NCBI GenBank assembly: GCA_041666305.1
Contig: JBAYHD010000002.1
Coordinates: 64,684-128,683 of the forward strand
Source: Minisyncoccota bacterium
GTDB taxonomy: Bacteria; Patescibacteriota; Minisyncoccia; Phycocordibacterales; Phycocordibacteraceae
Length of the DNA stretch: 64,000 nucleotides
Direction: 5' to 3'
In this document: positions 21,038 through 30,621 of the stretch, in pieces
How the letters are laid out: each line of letters begins with the position of its first letter
Position numbering within the stretch: position 1 is the stretch's first letter
The notes under the pieces: model-generated
What the model was told of the DNA's origin: nothing
Databases searched by the model: none
The model's input: only the letters and a program-made list of their open reading frames with translations
Program-made: the position numbers and the translations under genes

Positions 21038-21093
21038 ACTATTGACTATAGCAATGAATGGATAGCGTGCGCAAGCGGACCGTGGGGGGTATT

Positions 21094-23388
21094 CTAGCCC
21101 TTAGCTTGCTTCCTGATCTTGGCCAATACGGCCTTTGATTTCTTGTTTTCAGCGTCTGTCGCTTTCCTCCTCGCCTGTTCCTTGGCCAGCTTTTCTTTCG
21201 CCGTCTTTCTTTGCTTTGCGAGCGCAATTTCTGCCCTGTGTTTTTCAGCGAAAACAGTGCGTTCGATCATCTTCCTTCTCGCGGAGAGCGCGGTCCGCGT
21301 CTGACTGTTCTTTTTTTGCACGGCGTGCTCTTTCGCCCGTTTCTTCCGTAGGGTCGACTGCAATTTTTTCTTTTCTGCTATGACGATTCTCATCCGCTCT
21401 TTTTCACGGCGTATCGTTTCCTCTTCTTTTTTCTTACGAGCTGCGAGAGCAGTCTCAACTTGTTTGGCTTTAGCCCGAATTGCTTTCTCTTTTTCTCGCT
21501 CCTTACGAAGAGCTGTTTGCACTCTCCTTTTCGCATCAGCAACCAGTTTCTTTGCGCGCGTCTTTTCCTTCAGGAGAGCTCTTGCCTTCTTTCGTTTTTC
21601 CGCAGCGAGTGCTTTTTCTGCTTTCTTTTTCTCATTCGCGACGACTTTATCGGCGGCTTTTTTGCTTATCAGTGATGCGCTTGGCGCAGAATGTGCTTCT
21701 TTTTTATTTTCAAAAAATTCCGTCAATCCGCGGATTGCGTCCGCGTGCTTTATGCGTTCAGTTGCCATTACCTCTTCCGCAAGTTTTCGTTCTTCAACAA
21801 CGACCTCTTCCCTTTTTTGTTTTTCTATCTGTAGGGCCTTCGCTTCTTTTCTTTTTTCTTTGGCGAGAGCTGCCTCAGCTTGTCTCTTCAAAAGCCTCAA
21901 TCCTTCTGACTGATCCTTCGCTGAAAGGACCGCGTCGGCAAGACGTTTCTTCTCGGCGATGACTGCCTCGAATTTATTTTTTTCTGCCATGAGCTTTGCT
22001 TGGAAACGCTGCTTCTCACGAGCCAGTGCTGTTTCCGCAGCTTTGGCGCGACGCAATTCATCTTTCAGAGCAGTTTCCGCTTGATCCTTCAAAAGAAAAG
22101 CCTCGTCCGCTTGTTTTTTCTCCGAGAAAGCTTGTTCAGCAAATTGTTCTTTCTTTACGACCGCGCTGGCTGTTTTCGATTTTTCCTCGACTATCTTTGC
22201 GTTAACGCGTTTCTTTTCCCTCACCAGCGCTGCTTCGGCAGTCTCGGCGCGCTTCTTTTCTTCTGCGAGCTCTGCTTCCTTTATTTTTTCTTCGGCGAGC
22301 ACGGCGTCTGTGCGTTTCTTTTCCTTCGCGAGCGCCGCCTCAACCTCGCTCTTTAGGCGAAGCGCTTCCTCGGTTTGTTTCTTTGCCACGAGCACCTCCT
22401 CCGTCGTTTGCTTTTGTGCCGCTGTGGCCACGTCCGCCTCAGCGTATTGCCTCTTGATATCGGAAATAGCAGCTTTGGCCTTACTCTTTTCTTCAGCCAG
22501 TGCGACTTCCGCGTCCTCTGCACGCTTTTTTGTGTCCACAAGCGCTGCTTCGGCCTCGCTTTTCATGCGAAGAGCTTCTTCCGCTTGCTTTTTTGCTGCA
22601 AGGAACTCTTCTTCTGCACTGATTTTTGATGCAACAGTCTCCTCTTGAGATGGCTTCTTTTTAAGGTCGGAAATTATGGATTCAGACCGGTTCTTCTCCT
22701 CGGCCAACGCCGCTTCCGCGGCTTCTACATGCTTTCGTTCTAGAGCGAGTTCGTCCTCCGCTTGCTGTTTTTCCTTTTGGAGCTCGGCTTCCTTCTTTTC
22801 TTCTTCAGCAAGAGCATTTTCCGCTCGTTTCTTTTCCTCTTCAAGCGCCGCTTCTGCTTCGCTTTTCAGACGAAGAACTTCTTCCGCTTGCTTCGCCGCC
22901 GCGGAAACCTCTTCCGTTTGCTGTTTTTCTGTTGTCGCAGCCTCAGTTCCGACGGTTTCTTCCAACGGAACGGGAGTCGGCTCTTCTTTCGTTTCTGCGA
23001 CGGTAGTCGATATATCGATGCCTTTTTCCTCAAAATACGATTTAATCTTTGCGATCACTTCCTCGAACGGATGATCTGCTTTTACAAAATAATCCTTGGC
23101 ACCAAGCGACAACGCTGTCTTAATATCCTCGTCGCCTTGAAGATTCGACGTCACAAAAACGGGTATGTCCTGCAATGTCGGGCTTTCCTTCATTGCCTTC
23201 AACACGCCGAAGCCGTCCAGACGGGGCATCACGAGGTCCAATATCACCAGATCGATCTCGTGTTGCCGCAGTATGTTCAGCGCCTCCTCGCCGTCACCTG
23301 CCGTGAGAACATCCCACATTTGCGCCTCCAGCTTGCCCTGTTCTATGTGACGCAGGCTTTCATCATCTTCGGCGACGAGTATTCTCAT
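21094..23388 (-). CDS. REC domain fused to a ~600-aa E/K/A-rich coiled coil
   Basis: N-terminal REC (VAEDD, ILDLVMPRLDG, GAKDYFVK) then AEAALAxEKKR-type repeats. Confidence 0.8.
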   Translation of the reverse strand: MRILVAEDDESLRHIEQGKLEAQMWDVLTAGDGEEALNILRQHEIDLVILDLVMPRLDGFGVLKAMKESPTLQDIPVFVTSNLQGDEDIKTALSLGAKDYFVKADHPFEEVIAKIKSYFEEKGIDISTTVAETKEEPTPVPLEETVGTEAATTEKQQTEEVSAAAKQAEEVLRLKSEAEAALEEEKKRAENALAEEEKKEAELQKEKQQAEDELALERKHVEAAEAALAEEKNRSESIISDLKKKPSQEETVASKISAEEEFLAAKKQAEEALRMKSEAEAALVDTKKRAEDAEVALAEEKSKAKAAISDIKRQYAEADVATAAQKQTTEEVLVAKKQTEEALRLKSEVEAALAKEKKRTDAVLAEEKIKEAELAEEKKRAETAEAALVREKKRVNAKIVEEKSKTASAVVKKEQFAEQAFSEKKQADEAFLLKDQAETALKDELRRAKAAETALAREKQRFQAKLMAEKNKFEAVIAEKKRLADAVLSAKDQSEGLRLLKRQAEAALAKEKRKEAKALQIEKQKREEVVVEERKLAEEVMATERIKHADAIRGLTEFFENKKEAHSAPSASLISKKAADKVVANEKKKAEKALAAEKRKKARALLKEKTRAKKLVADAKRRVQTALRKEREKEKAIRAKAKQVETALAARKKKEEETIRREKERMRIVIAEKKKLQSTLRKKRAKEHAVQKKNSQTRTALSARRKMIERTVFAEKHRAEIALAKQRKTAKEKLAKEQARRKATDAENKKSKAVLAKIRKQAKG

Positions 23389-23412
23389 AAGGTATGCGTT
23401 CGATCGGGGTTG

Positions 23413-24849
23413 CTATGACTCTATCTCTTCCATGTTTTCGACTATATATTGCTTGTTCTTCGTTATACTGTCTGAAATGCGCGTGAGTACGATCTTCATT
23501 TCGTGCACTACTTGAGCGGTCAGGCCCGTATCATCCATTCGCGCCAATAGGTTGCCGACCTCTTTCTGAATGGCATCAAACGAGGTACGCACATCCCGTT
23601 GTGCGATAACAAGACGCCGCAATCGCTGTTCCTTTTGTTTCCGTCCTAAGTACCAGCCAAGCGCGCCGCTCGCAATGATCGCAAAAATGAGGATGAGGAT
23701 GAATGATGATTTGGTGACGCCGATGCCTCCGATCATGATGAGCGGGACTTCCGTAATATCCAACGTTACGCGGTTCTCGGTCGTATTCCCCGCCTTGTCT
23801 ACCGCTTGCACAACGAGACTATGCTTTCCCGCTTGCTGAGGAGAAAGCGTGTACTGCGTAAGCGTCGTCGTCGTCGCCAGATTGTTGTCGATCAGCACTT
23901 TGTAATTCAGTATGCCGGACGGTTGATCATTCGTCACAAAACGGATCGTCGGAGCGACATTCGCGGTCGTCAGACCATCGGGCGACGTAACCGCAAAGCC
24001 CAAGGGCGGAGTGGTGTCGATACCGATGCGATAATGCGCGGTCGAGCTCCACCCGAGAGAATTCTTGAATCGCACGTGCAGATACCATATGCCGTCGGAA
24101 AGAGGACTAAAGGTTTTATTGTTGAACAATCCTTCCGAGACCGTCGGATCAAATGCCGGCTGTTGGTTCACTGCCGTTGCGACATCGGTCACATCTCTGG
24201 GCAGGTCCCACTGCACGATGAATTTAGATACATCCGCATACCACGCTGTTGGATCGGGGTAGAGCGGAACGGTGAGAGTCGTTTTTGTCGGAAGCACCTT
24301 CGCTTCCACCACAGGACGCACGATCTGCTGAGGAGGCTTGATGACCGTAGGAGTTTGTGAGGTGGAGCTGGTGAGCTGCAGGCCGTTCATCGCTTTGAGC
24401 ACATTGGTTCCGCTGCCGTCGGAGGCCGTGACCGCACCATCGGTGAAGATGATGCTGACCGGACCCGCGCCGAGCACCTTGAATGCGATGCGAACCACTT
24501 CGAGCGCTTTGCCGGATATGCCGCTCTGGCTTCCGCCGATGAACGTAACCTGGCCGCTGTCATTTGAGAACGAGGGCCCCTGGAGCCAGAAATCAAACGC
24601 AGATGTGCTTTTGTCGATACCGGTCACTTGCACGGTCCCCTTCGGAAACGAGATAGTTCCCTGCGCGGCATTGACACCGACATCCGTGCTGTCGATCTTT
24701 ACGTCCACATTGAATGTGCTCCCCGCCGCAAACGTTTCTTTGTCAGTGGTGAGATTGTACGACGCAGCGAGCGCGTGGCTCGGTGCGGACGCGATGAACG
24801 CGATTGCGAGTAAGCTTCCGAGCACGAGCGTGCGTTTCGTGTATGTCAT
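23413..24849 (-). CDS. Secreted cohesin-domain and Ig-like protein with C-terminal TM anchor
   Basis: Signal peptide; GSTFNVDVKID..VNAAQGTISF..FDFWLQGP..ASDGSGTNV (cohesin-like); QAVDKAGN Ig strand; TM and cytoplasmic tail. Confidence 0.8.
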   Translation of the reverse strand: MTYTKRTLVLGSLLAIAFIASAPSHALAASYNLTTDKETFAAGSTFNVDVKIDSTDVGVNAAQGTISFPKGTVQVTGIDKSTSAFDFWLQGPSFSNDSGQVTFIGGSQSGISGKALEVVRIAFKVLGAGPVSIIFTDGAVTASDGSGTNVLKAMNGLQLTSSTSQTPTVIKPPQQIVRPVVEAKVLPTKTTLTVPLYPDPTAWYADVSKFIVQWDLPRDVTDVATAVNQQPAFDPTVSEGLFNNKTFSPLSDGIWYLHVRFKNSLGWSSTAHYRIGIDTTPPLGFAVTSPDGLTTANVAPTIRFVTNDQPSGILNYKVLIDNNLATTTTLTQYTLSPQQAGKHSLVVQAVDKAGNTTENRVTLDITEVPLIMIGGIGVTKSSFILILIFAIIASGALGWYLGRKQKEQRLRRLVIAQRDVRTSFDAIQKEVGNLLARMDDTGLTAQVVHEMKIVLTRISDSITKNKQYIVENMEEIES

Positions 24850-24878
24850 AGGTGAATTATACATCGACATTCCCAACG

Positions 24879-27800
24879 TTATTGTTTGAGAGTGCGGACA
24901 AAGATGCTCAAGTCGGTGACATCAACTTTTCCGTCGCCGTTGAGGTCGTCAAGTATGCGAACGGCCGTATCGGACGAAGAGAAACGCGAGAGGAAAATAC
25001 TCCAGTCCTGCACATTGATCACGCCGTCCTGATTGAAGTCGGTTTGCGGGGTGAGCAGTGTCGTCACATTGAACACCTTTTGGGGAGTATAATCGCTCTT
25101 CGCTCCAATGGGAGAAATTTGGCGTACACGGACGGTATGACTGCCGAGCGCGAGCGTACCGGTCGGGAGGAGCATTTTGTACGAACCGTCAGATTCGACG
25201 GGCGTTTCTGTAGGAATGGAAGTGCCATCAATTTCAGCTTCGACAGAATACCCGGGAATCGCCATTCCTACGAAACCAACCACATCATTTTGGCGGACGG
25301 TCGGATGCACGAGGCCCAAGGTCGGCGAAAGGAGACCGGCATCGAGATGGATGACCGGATTATTGCCTGAGTAACCCGCGTTGAACACTACGGTCTGGGT
25401 CGTGCGGCCGAGCGAGTCAATTCCAACAACGCCGTACGAACCGAGTCCGACCTGAATGTTTTTCAGCAACATCGAGAAGGCGCCGTTCGCTGCAGCGGTC
25501 GTCTGCGCCTGCAGTATCGACCCTTTCGGCGATACAGAGAGAACTTGTATTTTCGCGCCCGGAAATGCCAATCCCGAAAGTTGCTCGCCAATAACAATCG
25601 TTATTCCGGGAGCAACGGCGGTGGCGCTTACGCCCGACGACGGTGCGACAGGAGTTGCCGAGAATGTGATCTCCTGCGTCGAAGACACGTCGAGGTTCGT
25701 CCCTTCACTGTCAGACAGCGAGAGAGTCACTGTTTCGGGAGAAGTGTCCTGTAAGGACGCCGTTCCAACGCCGTTAACCATGGTCACGAGTCCGGCGCCG
25801 GTCGCCGAGCCAGTCACCAGGAGCGTCACGCCGGATTGGATCGTGGTGTCCACATTGCCGGAATTATCTTGCGCTTCGATGGTCACTGTTGCCGGCGTTC
25901 CGACCTGAACGGTCGAAGGTGGCAGAATGACGAAACGAGTGGCGACGATTGGTATCGTGCTCACCGTCACTGAATCAACAGCATCGAGGATGCCGGTGGA
26001 ACCATTCGGCGCGCCCGAACTGTCAGAAGCAGTGACCAGCCAGGTGCCGGGCTCTGCGTCGTAATACCAGAAATCGCCTGACGAATTGCCGTCATTGATA
26101 GTAGCGAAGGCTGTCGGTGCTCCGCCGACTGCCGCTGAATAAAATGCGGTTGTCGTCCCCGTCGAAGATGAACACAGGTACGCGAGCGTCACGCCCGCGG
26201 TAGTGGGATTATTGAACTGATCTTCGCGGGTCACGGTGTATCCGAGGCGCGTGCTGACTGTCATATTGCCGGGATCATTCAAGAGGAATTTCGCGACAGC
26301 GGCCGGCTGAATAGTAATCGCATCACTCGCATCGGCTACGCCCGCGCTATCCGGCGCGCTCGAGCTATCAGACACCGTTATGTACCAGTCGCCCGCTTTC
26401 TCATCGTATGCCCAGAAGCTGATTGCTGAAACGCCATCCGGAATGACAATGGATGTAATTGCGCTGCCACCGCTCGCGGCGTCATAGAATTTTTTGTTGA
26501 CGCCATCGGAGGTGCTATAGAGATACGCCGTTGTTGCGCCGGCCGTGACCAAATTTCCGTACTGATCTTTACGACTGACGGTGTATCCGATCCTCGCTCC
26601 CGCCGCCACGTCTCCGGGATTATTAAGCGCGAATTGCGCGACCGCTCCGGCAGCGAAGGTCACTCCTTGAGTCGAAGACACGTTAAGATTTGTCGTTTGA
26701 CTGTCAACAAGTGACAGCGTGACGACTTCAGGAACCGTATCGGATATCGGGATCGTTCCGACACCGCTTGCAATGGTCACGAGCCCTCCGCCAGTCGCCG
26801 TGCCGCTTGTGTTGAGCGTCACTCCGATATTTTGAGTGGTGTCCACATTGCCGGAATTATCTTGTGCCTGCACCGTAACGGTAATCGGCGCGTCAACGGT
26901 ACCACTCGTCGGAGGAAGTATCACAATGCGTGTCGCGACAATAGGAGCCGCGGTAACCCCCACCGAGTCGGTAGCGTCAGCGACGCCGCTCAATCCATCT
27001 GGGACGGATGGATTATCAGAAGCGGTCACGGTCCATGTCCCGAGATTTGAATCGGCATACCACACTTGGGCAGATGACTGGCCGTCCGGAATGGTGATTG
27101 AAGTGATCACCGTGCCGTTCGTATCAGCGTCATAGAACGCAGGAGTATCGACTCCGGTCGAATTGCTATACATATATACCGTTGTAGCGCCGTCAGTAAC
27201 TAGGTTATTGAATTGGTCCTTTCGAGTCACGGTGTAGCCAAGGCGCGTATCGGCAGTCATGTCGCCCGGATTATTGAGCGAGAAAGAGGCAACCGAACCT
27301 GCAGTCACCACAAGAGAGTCGGTGGCATCGTTGATGCCGGTGTTGCCGTCCGGTGCAGATATATTATCGGAAGCGGTCACAGTCCATGTTCCCGGCAACT
27401 CGTCGTAATACCAGACATCCGCCGTTGATTGACCGTCACTTATGGTGATTGAAGTTATTTCAGTGCCGTTTATCGCGGCATTATAAAATTTCTTATTCAC
27501 ACCGGTCGATGAACTGTAGAGATACACGACATTTGAACCGAGAGAACTCACATTGCCGTATTGGTCTTTGCGCGTAATCGTGTATGCCGCACGCTCGCCC
27601 GCAGCCAATGTTGCTGGGTGATTGAGCGTGAACTGTGAGACCGTTCCGCCGGCAAACACAACTGACTGCGTCGACGAAACATCCAAGCCGGTACTCTGTG
27701 AGTCAGTCAAAGAGAGATCCACGGTCTCGGCAACCGTATCTGAAATGGATAGTGTTCCAACACCGTTGATGATATCTACCAATCCTCCGCCGGTAGCGGA

Positions 27801-30326
27801 ACCGGTCGTGTCCAAGGTCACGTCATTTTGATAATTCGTGTCCACACTGTTGTCGGGCTTTTGTGCCTGCACAGTGACCGTGATAGAAGCATCCACCGTG
27901 CCATTCGTCGGCGGTAGTATGACGAATTTCGTAGCGACCGGGTTTACGACCACAGAATCGGTCGCGTCAGCAATGCCGGTATTACCGTCAGCATTCGGAG
28001 TGGCATCAGACGCCGTAATGGTGTAGGTCCCCGGCGTCTCATCGTAGTACCAGAAGTTGGCTGTCGAGTAGCCGGGAGCAATATCGATGTAGGTAATCTC
28101 CGAGCCGGCGAGAGAATCATCGTAGAATTTTTTCGTACCGCTTGAGGAGTTGGAATAGAGATAGACTCTGTTTGTTCCCGTACCAACCGCGTTCCCTGAA
28201 AAATCGTTTCTACTCACGGTATACCCGAGCCGGGTTCGGGCGTACATATCTCCCGGATTATTGAGCGAAAAGGACGTAACGACTCCACCGGTCACGGTAA
28301 AGGCGGCAGAGGTACCGGTCTTCGTCCCTCCGTTGTCGGTTGCGGTGATGGTCTTGCCGGAACCAGCTGTTGTCACCGTCACACTTTCCGTGCGTTCACC
28401 TGATACGAAGGCGCCGGACTCCGTGGGCGCGATGGTGCCTGCGGTTGTAGAAAGATCAACAGTGCCTGAATATCCGGTCACGGTGTTGTTGTTCACGTCC
28501 TGCGCCATAATCGTTATGTTGAACGGGGTACCGGCTGCTTGGGTGGTGATTGCCGCGAAAGAGAAATGATCAAGAGCACCGGGATTCACGGTGAACGTCG
28601 AGGAGGTGCCGGTCTTCGTTCCTCCATTATCGGTAGCGGTGATGGTTTGAAGAGTGCCGGCCTGCGTAACGGTCACGCTTTCGGTACGCACACCGGAGCT
28701 GAAGGCACTCGATTGCGTCGGCGCGATGGTGCCTGCAGTCGTCGAGAGATCAACGGTGCCCGAATAGCTGGCCAGTGTGTTGTTATTCACATCCTGCGCT
28801 GTGATGGTGATGTTGAAAGCGGTACCGGCGGTCTGTGTTCCGATAGCGGCGATGGCAAAGTGATCAAGGGTGCCGGCAGTAACGGTGAATGACTGATCCA
28901 CATCTGCAGCGGCGTTGTAGTTGCTGTTGCCGGATTGCGAGGCGCGAATGGTGCAAGTGCCCGTAGAGACAAGGTGGACGGTTGCGGTACTCACAGTACA
29001 GACGCCGGTCGTTTGCGACGAGAAGGTGACCGTGAGGCCGGATGAGGCTGTTGCGCTGACCGCGAAGTCGGGATCACTGAGCGTCTTGTCCGAAAGTGCA
29101 CCAAACGTGATGGTCTGATTCGCCGTATTGATGACGAAGTTCCCTGCCGAGGCGCCCGTCAAACTTTTATAACTCGTGGTGTCGGTCGGCGTGAAGTTGG
29201 CGGTGACGGCATAGGTGCCGACGTTGGTCTGCGTTGCAACGCCACCCGTAAGGATATTGCTTGCCGTACCCGGTACAGAACCCGAGACTGTGGCAGCTTG
29301 TCCGGAGCCATTGTAGGTGACAGGAGAATTCGTCACCGAAAGAGTCGGTGTCGCGCGAGTATCGTTCGTAACACTCAACATGCCAGTCGTTGCTGCGAAA
29401 TAGGTGTTGTTTTGATGAGTTGCCGTGGAGCTTGTTGAACCCCATGTGCCATTGATGCGGCCGAGACCGCCGAGCGTCAGATTTGCTACCGTCAGTGTAA
29501 GCCCGGCCCCGACACTTGCAGTCACCGAGCCCGTCGGTGCAATGCTCATCGTGCCGCTAACCGAAGTTCCAGTTACCATCGTCGCCGCACCGCTTCCAGA
29601 GAGCGTGAGATTCACATAACTGGCGGGCTCGATCGCTTGCGCTGAACCGTTATAATTAATTGTGTTTCCGGCTCCGGTTGCGGTGAGCGTGACATTAGCA
29701 GATGGCGTAAATGCCCCATTGATATTGAGCACAGAACTCGCACCTTGCACCCATATGGCAGTGCCGCTCGTTCGTGCGTAATTGCCATTCAGAGTAACGG
29801 TCCCATTGTTTGTAACTGTTTTCCCCGGAGAATTAATATTGTTGTTGATCGTTATATTTGCGGTGGAAGAAAAGGAGAAATTTTGGGTTACCAATATACT
29901 CGTATCTATCACTCCACTCCCATCGATAGTTTTTCCAGCGGAGTTCGATTTAAGAATCCCCGATGTCCCAGTAATTGATCCGTTGACCACAACGTTTCCG
30001 TTTTCCGTAAGCGTAAACGCACCGGCAAAGTTCAAAATAGCGCCAGAGTTTACGGTAAGACCGGCATTTGTTTTATTCGCACTGATAGTCACATTATTTC
30101 CGCCGGTCGTCGCAATAATGACACTGTCGGCATTTGCGGGAACCACGCCACCAATCCATGTTGACGCCGTAGCCCAATTGCCTCCGGTCGCAGTACTTGT
30201 CCTTACTGCAGCAAATGCGGTGCTTGCACCACCGAGCGTCATCAGCATCGTTAATGCGAATACAAAACTATACCTGCCGACTCTTGCGAACAAGGAGAAG
30301 AATGCGAGGCGGTGGTTGGTAGTCAT
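24879..30326 (-). CDS. Giant secreted surface protein (~1815 aa) with tandem Ig-like repeats and C-terminal dockerin
   Basis: Signal peptide (ASTAFA), beta-rich N-terminus, repeated Ig-like modules, DFNQDGVINVQD...DLNGDGKVDVTD dockerin pair; start uncertain (30326 or 30389). Confidence 0.85.
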   Translation of the reverse strand: MTTNHRLAFFSLFARVGRYSFVFALTMLMTLGGASTAFAAVRTSTATGGNWATASTWIGGVVPANADSVIIATTGGNNVTISANKTNAGLTVNSGAILNFAGAFTLTENGNVVVNGSITGTSGILKSNSAGKTIDGSGVIDTSILVTQNFSFSSTANITINNNINSPGKTVTNNGTVTLNGNYARTSGTAIWVQGASSVLNINGAFTPSANVTLTATGAGNTINYNGSAQAIEPASYVNLTLSGSGAATMVTGTSVSGTMSIAPTGSVTASVGAGLTLTVANLTLGGLGRINGTWGSTSSTATHQNNTYFAATTGMLSVTNDTRATPTLSVTNSPVTYNGSGQAATVSGSVPGTASNILTGGVATQTNVGTYAVTANFTPTDTTSYKSLTGASAGNFVINTANQTITFGALSDKTLSDPDFAVSATASSGLTVTFSSQTTGVCTVSTATVHLVSTGTCTIRASQSGNSNYNAAADVDQSFTVTAGTLDHFAIAAIGTQTAGTAFNITITAQDVNNNTLASYSGTVDLSTTAGTIAPTQSSAFSSGVRTESVTVTQAGTLQTITATDNGGTKTGTSSTFTVNPGALDHFSFAAITTQAAGTPFNITIMAQDVNNNTVTGYSGTVDLSTTAGTIAPTESGAFVSGERTESVTVTTAGSGKTITATDNGGTKTGTSAAFTVTGGVVTSFSLNNPGDMYARTRLGYTVSRNDFSGNAVGTGTNRVYLYSNSSSGTKKFYDDSLAGSEITYIDIAPGYSTANFWYYDETPGTYTITASDATPNADGNTGIADATDSVVVNPVATKFVILPPTNGTVDASITVTVQAQKPDNSVDTNYQNDVTLDTTGSATGGGLVDIINGVGTLSISDTVAETVDLSLTDSQSTGLDVSSTQSVVFAGGTVSQFTLNHPATLAAGERAAYTITRKDQYGNVSSLGSNVVYLYSSSTGVNKKFYNAAINGTEITSITISDGQSTADVWYYDELPGTWTVTASDNISAPDGNTGINDATDSLVVTAGSVASFSLNNPGDMTADTRLGYTVTRKDQFNNLVTDGATTVYMYSNSTGVDTPAFYDADTNGTVITSITIPDGQSSAQVWYADSNLGTWTVTASDNPSVPDGLSGVADATDSVGVTAAPIVATRIVILPPTSGTVDAPITVTVQAQDNSGNVDTTQNIGVTLNTSGTATGGGLVTIASGVGTIPISDTVPEVVTLSLVDSQTTNLNVSSTQGVTFAAGAVAQFALNNPGDVAAGARIGYTVSRKDQYGNLVTAGATTAYLYSTSDGVNKKFYDAASGGSAITSIVIPDGVSAISFWAYDEKAGDWYITVSDSSSAPDSAGVADASDAITIQPAAVAKFLLNDPGNMTVSTRLGYTVTREDQFNNPTTAGVTLAYLCSSSTGTTTAFYSAAVGGAPTAFATINDGNSSGDFWYYDAEPGTWLVTASDSSGAPNGSTGILDAVDSVTVSTIPIVATRFVILPPSTVQVGTPATVTIEAQDNSGNVDTTIQSGVTLLVTGSATGAGLVTMVNGVGTASLQDTSPETVTLSLSDSEGTNLDVSSTQEITFSATPVAPSSGVSATAVAPGITIVIGEQLSGLAFPGAKIQVLSVSPKGSILQAQTTAAANGAFSMLLKNIQVGLGSYGVVGIDSLGRTTQTVVFNAGYSGNNPVIHLDAGLLSPTLGLVHPTVRQNDVVGFVGMAIPGYSVEAEIDGTSIPTETPVESDGSYKMLLPTGTLALGSHTVRVRQISPIGAKSDYTPQKVFNVTTLLTPQTDFNQDGVINVQDWSIFLSRFSSSDTAVRILDDLNGDGKVDVTDLSIFVRTLKQ

Positions 30327-30476
30327 GAGGGTGTAAAAATAATGGTATCTGCATATAATATAGAGCAATTCAGCCATTGTTTTTGCCATTTCGTAAAATA
30401 TGTGTGGATAGTAAGGATGGAATGCGCATGCTCATGTATGGCATGACGGGCGAAAGTCTGGTATAAAAATAGGTAC

Positions 30477-30548
30477 GGCCTCATCGTCTAACGGCTAGGA
30501 CAGATCCCTCTCACGGATCAAATCGGGGTTCGATTCCCCGTGAGGTCA
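30477..30548 (+). tRNA. tRNA-Glu (CTC)
   Basis: GGCCTCA/TGAGGTC acceptor stem, GATCC-CTCTCAC-GGATC anticodon arm, GGTTCGATTCC T arm; CCA not encoded; terminator hairpin follows. Confidence 0.95.
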
Positions 30549-30621
30549 CCCGCAAGTAAAAACCGCCCTAGAGCGGTTTTTACTTTACAAAATATGACTT
30601 TCTCGTCTCGGATACGCAAGA

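Noticed and set aside
16460-30548. Surface/signalling cluster as an island integrated at tRNA-Glu
   Set aside because: The cluster lies at the tRNA 5' side; no integrase or tRNA 3'-end duplication was seen
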